From: Balanoglossus misakiensis
Lineage: Eukaryota > Animalia > Hemichordata
Assembly: GCA_040954595.2 (NCBI GenBank)
Contig: CM082578.2
Span: 1,160,831-1,224,830, forward strand
Direction: 5' to 3'
DNA: 64,000 nt
Part shown: positions 37,604-49,205 of the stretch, piece after piece
How positions within the stretch are numbered: the stretch's first letter is position 1
Layout of the letters: each line of letters begins with the position of its first letter
The notes under the pieces: generated by a model
Databases searched by the model: none
The model's input: only the letters and a program-made list of their open reading frames with translations
What the model was told of the DNA's origin: nothing
Made by a program: the position numbers and the translations under genes

Positions 37604-40450
37604 CTATGTACAACTGACAACAATGTTAGTTACAATAAAATCCTCATAAAATGTAGAAAGTTTAGCTTCAGTTGTTTTCCCAAACAATTCATCGAAATAT
37701 ATCCTCTCTATTGAAATGGCTTTTCTTGTGAATAACACAAAATCACACCATTGCAGTTTACAAGTAGCAAGTTGCATTTGTATTTGGGTATACCATTTTG
37801 ATGTCCTCCTCAAACACACTTTGCCATCTACATCCAAAAATACATGGTATTTGGGAACTCTAGGCTTGATATATCACATGGGAATATATTGCGGTGTTTG
37901 CTGGAACATTTGATTTCACACATTTAAAGCTGGCAATGATAGTGATTTTACTAGCTATATTGGAGAATCTGTATCAGAAGCTGATATTGATTTTATGTCA
38001 TCACTGACAGCTGATCAAAGAGATTATGAGGATTGGTATTTGTATAGACAAGGGAGTGTTACTGCCAGTATTGCACATGATATCCTTCACATGAAAGAAA
38101 CTCGGGATTTGAATGACTACATAGTCCAAAAAATTATGTCTGGCAGTCACAGGACAATACCTTCAACCCACATTGATTGTGGTATTAAACATGAACCTGT
38201 TGCTAAACATTTATATCATGAGCAATACAAAAAGTTGCACCGGAAAGTGAAATTTCAAGATGTTGGCTTAGTCATCAGTTCTGACAAGCCATATCTTAGT
38301 TCAAGTCCTGATGGGAGGGTATCATGGGAGGACATCAAATGGCACCTGGATAATAGTTGGACACAGTTGGTCTTGGTGTGTCAGGTTGAGACTTATCCTT
38401 TCTAATGTCAAGCTCATCTATTTCCATAGGAGTGGACTCTTTGCGGGGTTTATCCCACTTACAGGGAACATCAGTACTAACTTGAATATTTCTGTCTTTG
38501 TGGCGTCTATCGAAGTCGTTGATGCTAAACAACAATGCAACACAATGTTTGCATGTTCCATGCTCACTGTAAAAAAAATTCAGATACATGGTAAATGTTA
38601 ACGCATGATTGCAGCTTTTTTGTTTATGCCTCTCTGCAGTGACTGTCAAATGAAAACTGAGGTATTCAAACCTAAAACGTCAATGCATCAAATGGAGAAT
38701 GAAATCATATTAACTATTTTCAAATATTATCTAATTTTGCAAATCCTGATTTACAGTCCTCAACATCACTTTAAATTAGTCAACAGATACTGTTGGAAAA
38801 ACATAGACAATTCTGTCAGACTCTACTGACAGTTTTCTCATCCAAACACACAAATAAAGCAAACCGAACTAAAAAACAAATGTCAAAATACATGTATAAC
38901 CATGGTTATTTCAACCCACCATTTCTATGTACCTAGTCACACTGGTAGAACTAAAAGCCACGGTGGATTAAAATGATAAAATTTATATAAAAATTAAAGC
39001 TGCAAGCAGCATTGTCCGGGCCCAAGCTCTATTATCTGATCTGATGCTGATATAGTGTTAAGTAGGTCAAAGGTCACCCGAGGTCACCCAACATTTGGGC
39101 AAAATATTTTGACCCCATACTGGTCCATGTATAACAAAAACAAAACCTCTAGGTCTATTGGTTCATCATTAATTAGGTATGTACATATTTAATGAGGTCA
39201 GCAGAGGTCAAAGGGGTCATGAAAAGTAGCAAAATTTTTTGATCACATACAAATCCACACACATCAAAAACCAAACTTATAGCCCTATTGGTTAGCCTGG
39301 AATTAGATATGCAGAAAAATGATGCATCAAAAGTAGGTCAAAGGTCATTGCCAAAATTACCAAAATATTAATAGCTTATTCTTGTCATATGATGATTCAT
39401 ATCCATAAAAAGAATTTCTGTGCTATCAATTTTTAGGCTAGAAAGGGAATTTTTACTTTTTAATCAGTTTTTCACAAAATCCAATATGGCCGCCATAATC
39501 TTCGACCAATCACATTCCCCTTTACAAACTTGATAGACATCTGTTTAATGACCACACACACCAAATCTTGTGACTCGGTTATCGCCGGTTCTTGAGAAGA
39601 AGATTTTTGAAATTTTACTAGGGTTTTTCGAAAATCCAATATGGCCGCCATAATCTTGGACCAATCACAATGATCTTCGCAAACTTGATAGACATCAGTT
39701 AAGTGACCACATACCCCAAACCCCATGTCTCGGTTGTTACCGGTTCTGGAGAAGAAGATTTTTGAAAATTAAGCCAGATTTCAGAAAAAAAAGTGTAGCA
39801 AAAAAACTGCAACATTGACAGCATAATTTCCAATTACAAAAATGATGGGTAGAAGGTAGACTACCTGCACACCAAATTTGAAGTCGATCTGACTTGTAGT
39901 TTCTGAGATCTGAGATTTGCATTTTTTCAGAAAATCCAATATGGCCGCCAGGTCACGTGACTAATTAAAAATTCAAGGGTTCAATGCACGACTACTCATT
40001 GACCTTGACCACTGTAGCAAGTTTCAGAAGTGTACCTGCAGCGGTGTCTGAGATCTAGAGCGACAAAGAATTGACAGAAGAATAAAGAAAGAAAGAAAGA
40101 AAGAAAGAAAAACCCCAACGAAACCAATAGGGCCCAAGCGCTGGTATGCGCTTGGGCCCTAAAAATACTTACGCAACACAATTACAGCCTCAGAAGAGAA
40201 TGGAGGTCGCTGACCCACTCGGTGATCGTCGCCGGATCAGGCAAAGTGATGTAGAATTGCTTTTGGCTGGGTCGCGATTGTCTGCTACCGTCCGCCTTTT
40301 TTTGCTCGAAATTTCCTGGTCACCAGGCTCTAGTGGCCGAACGTCCAGTTCTATAGCTAACTCCACTACCTGAATTAGTCTATCTTTCCAGGTATTACAA
40401 CAAGTTATACCTCTTTCCGACAAAACTTTCTCAGGTCAGGCACTTATGTA
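37604..40450 (-). pseudogene. SWIM + YqaJ (lambda-exonuclease) gene remnant, spliced, internally inverted and interrupted
   Basis: N-terminal piece at 40190-40423 (-); CKHCVALL...STDVPCKW at 38335-38575 (-); TADQ..W...R.GSVTAS..GIKHEP..GLVIS..PYLSSSPDG at 37995-38325 (+); EIKC and WYTQIQMQLATCKLQWCDFV at 37604-37920 (-). Confidence 0.8.
38992..40160 (-). mobile_element. Single HINE copy with both ends (internally deleted), inserted in an intron of the YqaJ remnant
   Basis: Tail aattaaagctgc at 38992, head ending gggccct at 40160, unrelated A-rich flanks on both sides, next to a minus-strand gtaagt donor. Confidence 0.85.
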
Positions 40451-43400
40451 AACATGACCTCATTCAGGACCGGAAGTGCAGTGATCCCAACTCGCACGCC
40501 CTCAGGCGACAAGAGTCTATGAACTTTCTACTTTATTGAGAACTCGGAACCCGCGAATTAAAGCTGCGAGCAGCATTGTCAGGCCCAAGCGCTGATCTTG
40601 AATTATATATGCACAGTATGAATGAGAAGAAACAGAATTTTTTATCGGATGTATTATCTCATGACATAACAAGGATGTGTGTATTTTTGCTGCTGAAATA
40701 AGGTGAAGTAGGTCAAAGGTCACCTGAGGTCACCCACAATTTGGGCAATTTTTTTTACCCATACTGGTCCATGTCCAACAAAAACCAAAACTCTAGCTCT
40801 ATTGGTTCGCCTGTAATTAGGTATGTGCATATTTAATGAGGTCAGCAGATGTTACAGGTGACCCAAAAATGTGGCTTTACATTTTGGTCCCATCCTACCA
40901 AATGCCATGGCTGTATCTGCTCTGGATGCTTAGATATGCGAAAGTAGGTCAAAGGTCACCAGAGGTCACCCAACATTTGGGCAAAAAATTTTGATCCCAT
41001 ACTGGTCCATGTCCAACAAAAACCAAACCTCTAGCTCTATTGGTTCGCCTGTAATTAGCTATGCACATAATTAATGAGGTCAGCTGAGGTCAAAGGGGTC
41101 ATGAAAAGTAGCAAAATATTTTGATCACACACTAATCCACATTCATCAAAAACCAAACGTCTAGCCCTATAGGTTAGCCTGGAATTAGATATGCAGAAAT
41201 AATAATGCGTGATAAGTAGGTCAAAGGTCATGTGAAAAATCGCCAAAAAATTGTATAATATTTTAGTCACATGACGATTGATATCCATAAAAAGAATTTG
41301 TATGCTATCAATTTTTAGACTAGAAAAAGGAATTTCAATTTTTCACTGCTTTTTACAAAATCCAATATGGCCGCCATAATCTTCGACCAATCACAATGCT
41401 CTTTGCAAACTTGATAGACATCAGTGTTGTGACCATACTCCCCGAATCTTGCGACTCAGTTATCGCCCGTTCTGGAGAAGAAGATTTTTGCAGTTTTACT
41501 ATGGTTTTTCGAAAATCCAATATGGCCGCCATAATCTTCGACCAATCACAATGCTTCTTATCAAACTTGATAGACATCAGTTAGGTGACCACATACCCCA
41601 AACCGCGTGACTCGGTTATCACCGGTTCTGGAGAAGAAGATTTTTGAAATTTAAGCCAGATTTCAGAAATAAAATTGTAGCAAAAAAACTGCAACACTGT
41701 AGCAAAATTTCCAATTACAAAAATGATGGGTAGAAGGTAGTCTACCTGCATGCCAAATTTGAAGACGATCTGACTTGTAGTTTCTGAGATCTGAGATTTG
41801 AATTTTTTCAGAAAATCCAATATGGCTGCCAGGTCACGTGACTAATTAAGTATTCACAAGTCACTGCACATCTACTCATAGACCTTGACCACTGTACCAA
41901 GTTTGAGCAGTGTACCTGCTGTAGTTTCAGAGATTTAGTTGGCCGAAGAATTGACACAAGAATAAAGAAAGAATTAAAGCTGCGAGCAGCATTGTCGGGC
42001 CCAAGCGCTGATCTTGAATTATATATGCACAGTGTGAATGAGAAGAAACAGAATTTTCTATCGGATGTATTATCTCATGACATAACAAGGATGTGTGTAT
42101 TTTTGCTGCTGAAATAGGGTGAAGTAGGTCAAAGGTCACCTGAGGTCACCTAACATTTGGGCAAATTTTTTTGACCCATACTGGTCCATGTCCAACAAAA
42201 ACCAAAACTCTAGCTCTATTGGTTCGTCTGTAATTAGGTATGTGCATATTTAATGAGGTCAGCAGATGTCACAGGTGACCCAAAAATGTGGCTTTACATT
42301 TTGGTCCCATCCTACCAAATGCCATGGCTGTATCTGCTCTGGATGCTGAGATATGCGAAAGTAGGTCAAAGGTCACCAGAGGTCACCCAACATTTGGACA
42401 AAAATTTTTGATCCCATACTGGTCCATGTCCAACAAAAACCAAACCTCTAGCTCTATTGGTTCGCCTGTAATTAGCTATGCACATAATTAATGAGGTCAG
42501 CAGAGGTCAAAGGGGTCATGAAAAGTAGCAAAATATTTTGATCACACACTAATCCACATGCATCAAAAACCAAAAGTCTAGCCCTATAGGTTAGCCTGGA
42601 ATTAGATATGCAGAAATAATAACGCGTGATAAGTAGGTCAAAGGTCATGTGAAAAATCGCCAAAAATTTGTAACATATTTTAGTCATATGATGATTGATA
42701 TCCATGAAAAGAATTTGTATACTGTCAATTTTTAGACTAGGAAAAGGAATTTCAATTTTTCACTGCTTTTTACAAAATCCAATATGGCCGCCATAATCTT
42801 CGACCAATCACAATGTTCTTTGCAATCTTGCTAGACATCAGTATTGTGACCATACTCCCTGAATCTTGCGACTCAGTTATCGCCTATTCTGGAGAAGAAG
42901 ATTTTTGCAGTTTTACTATGGTTTTTCGAAAATCCAATATGGCCGCCATAATCTTCGACCAATCACAATGCTTCTTATCAAACTTGATAGACATCAGTTA
43001 GGTGACCACATACCCCAAACCGCGTCACTCGGTTATCACCGGTTCTGGAGAAGAAGATTTTTGAAATTTAAGCCAGATTTCAGAAAAAAAATTGTAGCAA
43101 AAAAACTGCAACATTTACAGCAAAATATCCAATTACAAAAATGATGGGTAGAAGGTAGACTACCTGCACACCAAATTTGAAGTCGATCTGACTTGTAGTT
43201 TCTGAGATCTGAGATTTGCATTTTTTCAGAAAATCCAATATGGCCGCCATGTCACGTGACTAATTAAAAATTCAAGAGTTCAATGCACGACGACCCATTG
43301 ACCTTGACCTCTGTAGCAAGTTTGAGAAGTGTACCTGCAGCGGTGTCTGAGATCTAGAGTGACAAAGAAATGACACAAGAATAAAGAAAGAAAGAAAGAC

Positions 43401-46400
43401 AGAAAAACCCCAACGAAACCAATAGGGCCCAAGCGCTGGTATGCGCTTGGGCCCTAATTAAAGCTGCAAGCAGCATTGTCGGGCCCAAGCGCTGATCCAG
43501 TATTATATATGCACAGTATGAATGAGAAGAAACAGAATGCTCTATCAGGTGTTTTATCTCATGACATAACAAGGACGTATGTATTTTTCCTGCTGAAATA
43601 GAGTAAAGTAGGTCAAAGGTCACCTGAGGTCACCAAACATTTGGGCAAAATTTATTGACCCATACTGTTCCATGTCCAACAATAACTAAAACTCTAGTTC
43701 TATTGGTTCGCCTGTAATTAGGTATGTGCATATTTAATGAGGTCAGCAGGTGTCACAGGTGACTCAAAAATTTGGCTTTACATTTTGGTCCCATCCTGTC
43801 AAATGCCAAGGCTGTATCTGCCCTGGATGCTGAGATATGCGAAAGTAGGTCAAAGGTCACCAAAGGTCACCCAATATTTGGGCAACAAATTTTGACCCCA
43901 TATTGGTCCATGTCCAACAAAAACCAAACCTCTAGCTCTATTGCTTCGCCTGTAATTAGCTATGCACATAATTAATGAGGTCAGCAGAGGTCAAAGGGGT
44001 CATGAAAAGTAGCAAAATATTTTGATCACACACTAATCCACATGCATCAAAAACCAAAAGTCTAGCCCTATAGGTTAGCCTGGAATTAGATATGCTGAAA
44101 TAATAACGCGTGATAAGTAGGTCAAAGGTCATGTGAAAAATCGTCAAAAAATTGTAACATATTTTAGTCACATGATGATTGATATCCATAAAAAGAATTG
44201 CTATGCTATCAATTTTTAGACTAGAAAAAGGAATTTCAATTTTTCACTGCGTTTTACAAAATCTAATATGGCCGCCATAATCTTCGACCAATCACAATGC
44301 TCTTTGCAAACTTGATAGACATCAGTGTAGTGACCGTACTACCCAAATCTTGCCACTCAGTCATCGCCCGTTCTGGAGAATAAGATTTTTGGAGTTTAAC
44401 TGTGTTTTTTTGAAAATCCAATATGGCCGCCATAATCTTCGACCAATCACAATGATCTTCGCAAACTTGATAGACATCAGTTCGGTGACCGCATACCCAA
44501 AACCCCGTGTCTCAGTTATCACCGGTTCTGGAGAAGAAGATTTTTGAAATTTAAGCCAGATTTCAGAAAAACAATTGTAGCAAAAAAACTGCAACATTGA
44601 CAGCAAAATATCCAATTACAAAAATGATGGGTAGAAGGTAGTCTACCTGCATGCCAAATTTGAAGTCGATCTGACTTGTAGTTTCTGAGATCTGAGATTT
44701 GCATTTTTTCAGAAAATCCAATATGGCCGCCAGGTCACGTGACTAATTAAGTATTCACAAGTCACTGCACATCTACTCATTGACCTTGACCACTGTAGCA
44801 AGTTTGAGCAGTGTACCTGCAGTAGTTTCAGAGATTTAGTTGGCCGAAGAATTGACACAAGAATAAAGAATGAAAAATTCCAACGAAACCAATAGGGCCC
44901 AAGCGCTAAAGAAAGAAAGATTAAAGCTGCGAGCAGCATTGTCGGGCCCAAGCGCTGATCTTGAATTATATATGCACAGTATGAATGAGAAGAAACAGAA
45001 TTTTCTATCGGATGTATTATCTCATGACATAACAAGGATGTGTGTATTTTTGCTGCTGAAATAGGGTGAAGTAGGTCAAAGGTCACCTAAGGTCACCCAA
45101 CATTTGGGCAATTTTTTTTTACCCATACTGGTCCATGTCCAACAAAAACCAAAACTCCAGCTCTTTTGGTTCGGATGTAATTAGGTATGTGCATATTTAA
45201 TGAGGTCAGCAGGTGTCACAGGTGACCCAAACATGTGGCTTTACATTCTGGTCCCATCCTACAAATTGCCATGGCTGTATCTGCTCTGGATGCTGAGATA
45301 TGCGAAAGTAGGTCAAAGGTCACCAGAGGTCACCAAACATTTGGGCAAAAAAATTTGATCCCATACTGGTCCATGTCCAACAAAAACCAAACCTCTAGCT
45401 CTATTGGTTCGCCTGTAATTAGATATGCACATAATTAATGAGGTCAGCAGAGGTCAAAGGGGTCATGAAAAGTAGCAAAATGTTTTGATCACACACTAAT
45501 CCACATGCATCAAAAACCAAAAGTCTAGCCCTATAGGTTAGCCTGGAATTAGATATGCAGAAATAATAACGCGTGATAAGTAGGTCAAAGGTCATGTGAA
45601 AAATCGCCAAATATTTGTAACATATTTTAGTCATATGATGATTGATATCCATGAAAAGAATTTGTATGCTGTCAATTTTTAGACTAGGAAAAGGAATTTC
45701 AATTTTTCACTGCTTTTTACAAAATCCAATATGGCCGCCATAATCTTCGACCAATCACAATGCTCTTTGCAAACTTGATAGACATCAGTGTTGTGACCAT
45801 AATCCCCGAATCTTGCGACTCAGTTATCGCTCCTTCTGGAGAAGAAGATTTTTGCAGTTTTACTATGGTTTTTCGAAAATCCAATATGGCCGCCATAATC
45901 TTCGACCAATCACAATGCTTCTTATCAATCTTGATAGACATCAGTTAGGTGACCACATACCCCAAACCGCATCACTCGGTTATCACCGGTTCTGGAGAAG
46001 AAGATTTTTGAAATTTAAGCCAGATTTCAGAAAAAAAATTGTAGCAAAAAAGCTGCAACATTGACAGCAAAATATCCAATTACAAAAATGATGGGTAGAA
46101 GGTAGACTACCTGCACACCAAATTTGAAGTCGATCTGACTTGTAGTTTCTGAGATCTGAGATTTGCATTTTTTCAGAAAATCCAATATGGCCGCCATGTC
46201 ACGTGACTAATTAAAAATTCAAGAGTTCAATGCACGACTACCCATTGACCTTGACCACTGTATCAAGTTTGAGAAGTGTACCTGCAGCGGTGTCTGAGAT
46301 CTAGAGCGACAAAGAAATGACACAAGAATAAAGAAAGAAAGAAAGACAGAATTAAAGCTGCAAGCAGCATTGTCCGGGCCCAAGCTCTATTATCTGATCA

Positions 46401-49205
46401 GATTATTAGATATGCACATAAGTAATGAGTAGAAACATAATGCTGTTTTATCCCATGAATTATCAAGGTTATATCTATGTTTGGTGCTGATATAGTGTTA
46501 AGTAGGTCAGAGGTCACCCAGAGGTCACCCACAGTTTGGGCAGAAAATTTTGACCCATAGTGGTCCATGTCCAACAAAAACCAGACCTCTAGCCCTTTTG
46601 GTTAGCCCGGAATTAGGTATGCACATAAATAATGAGTTAAGCAGGTGTCACAGGTGACCCAAAACTTTGGCTTTTCATTATGGCCCCATACCTCCAAACG
46701 CCAAGGCTGTATCTGCTGTGGATGTCGAGATATGCAAAAGTAGGTCAAAGGTCACCCGAGGTCACCCAACATTTGGGAAATTTTTTTGACCCAATACTGG
46801 TCAATGTCCAACAGAAACCAAGCCTCTAGGTCTATTGGTTCATATGTAATTAGGTATGCACATATTTAATGAGGTCAGCAGAGGTCAAAGGGGTCATGAA
46901 AAGTACCAAAATTTTTTGATCACATACAAATCCACATACATCAAAAACCAAACTTATAGCCCTATTGGTTAGCCTGGAATTAGATATGCAGAAAATTGAT
47001 GCGTCAAAAGTAGGTCAAAGGTCATTGCCAAAATTACCAAAATATTTATAGCTTATTCTTGTTATATGATGATTCATATCCATAAAAAGAATTTCTGTGC
47101 TATCAATTTTTAGGCTAGAAAGGGAATTTTTACTTTTTAATCGTTTTTCACAAAATCCAATATGGCCGCCATAATCTTCGACCAATCACATTCCTCTTCG
47201 CAAACTTGATAGACATCTGTGGAATGACCACACACACAAAATCTTGTGACTCGGTTATCGCCGGTTCTCGAAAAGAAGATTTTTGAAATTTTACTAGGGT
47301 TTTTCGAAAATCCAATATGGCCGCCATAATCTTCGACCAATCACAATAATCTTCGCAAACTTGATAGACATCAGTTAGGTGACCAAATACCCCAAACCCC
47401 ATGTCTCGGTTATCACCGGTTCTGGAGAAGAAGATTTTTGAAATTTAAGCCAGATTTCAGAAAAAAAATTGTAGCAAAAAAACTGCAACATTGACAGCAT
47501 AATTTCCAATTACAAAAATATTTGACAGAAGGTAGTCTACCTGCACGCCAAATTTGAAGTCGATCTGACTTGTAGTTTCTGAGATCTGAGATTTGCATTT
47601 TTTCAGAAAATCCAAGATGGCCGCCAGGTCATGTGACTAATTAAAAATTCATGGGTTCAATGCACGACTACTCATTGACCTCGACCACTGTAGCAAGTTT
47701 GAGAACTGTACCTGCAGTGGTGTCTGAGATCTAGAGCGACAAAGAAATGACAGAAGAATAAAGAAAGAAAGAAAGATTAAAGCTGCAAGCAGCATTGTCC
47801 GGGCCCAAGCTCTATTATCTGATCTGATTATTAGATATGCACATAATTAATGAGTAGAAACATAATGCTGTGTTTTATCCCATGAAATATCAAGGTTATA
47901 TCTATATTTGGTGTTGATATAGTTTTAAGTAGGTCAAGGTCACCCAGAGGTCACCCACAATTTGGGCAGAAAATTTTGACCCATAGTGGTCCATGTCCAA
48001 CAAAAACCAGACCTCTAGCCCTTTTGGTTAGCCCGGAATTAGGTATGCACATAAATAATGAGTTAAGCAGGTGTCACAGGTGACCCAAAACTTTGGCTTT
48101 TCATTATGGCCCCATACCTCCAAACGCCAAGGCTGTATCTGCTATGGATGTCGAGATATGCAAAAGTAGGTCAAAGGTCACCCGAGGTCACCCAACATTT
48201 GGGCAAAATATTTTGACCCCATACTGGTCCATGTATAACAAAAACAAAACCTCTAGGTCTATTGGTTCATCGTTAATTAGGTATGTGCATATTTAATGAG
48301 GTCAGCAGAGGTCAAAGGGGTCATGAAAAGTAGCAACATTTTTTGATCACATACAAATCCACATACATCAAAAACCAAACTTATAGCCCCATTGGTTAGC
48401 CTGGAACTAGATATGCAGAAAAATGATGCGTCAAAAGTAGGTCAAAGGTCATTGCCAAAATTACCAAAATATTTATAGCTTATTCTTGGCATATGATGAT
48501 TCATATCCATAAAAAGAATTTCTGTGCTATTAATTTTTAGGCAAGAAAGGGAATTTTTACTTTTTAATCGTTTTTCACAAAATCCAATATGGCCGCCATA
48601 ATCTTCGACCAATCACATTCCTCTTCGCAAACTTGATAGACATCTGTTTACTGACCACACACACCAAATCTTGTGACTCAGTTATCGCCGGTTCTTGAGA
48701 AGAAGATTTTTGAAATTTTACTAGGGTTTTTCGAAGATCCAATATGGCCGCCATAATCTTCGACCAATCACAATGATCTTCGCAAACTTGATAGACCTCA
48801 GTTTGGTGACCACATATCCCAAACCGCGTGACTCGGTTATCGTCGGTTCTGGAGAAGAAGATTTTTGAAATTTTGACCAGATTTCAGAAAAACAACTGTA
48901 GCAAAAAAACTGCAACATTGACAGCAAAATATCCAATTACAAAAATGATGGGCAGAAGGTACACTACCCGCACACCAAATCTGAAGTAAATCTGACATGT
49001 AGTTTCTGAGATCTGAGATTTGCATTTTTTCAGAAAATCCAATATGGCCGCCATGTCACGTGACTAATTTAAAATTCAAGAGTTCAATGCACGACTACCC
49101 ATTGCCCTTGACCACTGTAGCAAGTTTGAGAAGTGTACCTGCAGCGGTGTCTGAGATCTAGAGCGACAAAGAAATGACAGAAGAATAAAGAAAGAAGAAA
49201 GACAG

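Larger units (their letters stand above)
36519..40555. mobile_element. Decayed ISL2EU-like (PIF/Harbinger-related) DNA transposon
   Basis: TIR cgcgggttccgagtt / aactcggaacccgcg; TSD AATT (or AT with one more TIR base); convergent THAP remnant (+) and SWIM/YqaJ exonuclease remnant (-), the ISL2EU gene pair. Confidence 0.75.

Noticed and set aside
38988-40166. 7-bp TSD taaaaat around the solo HINE
   Set aside because: It overlaps the element's own A/T-rich ends (aatt tail, ccct-aa head) in an A-run target, and other junctions show no such duplication
19400-49200. Dozens of recurrent 60-175 aa ORFs (MALHFGP.., MQISDLRN.., MTFDLL.., RAQA..WALLVSL..) as a gene family
   Set aside because: They recur only because the non-coding unit repeats; frames are broken between copies, many use non-ATG starts, and no domain is recognisable
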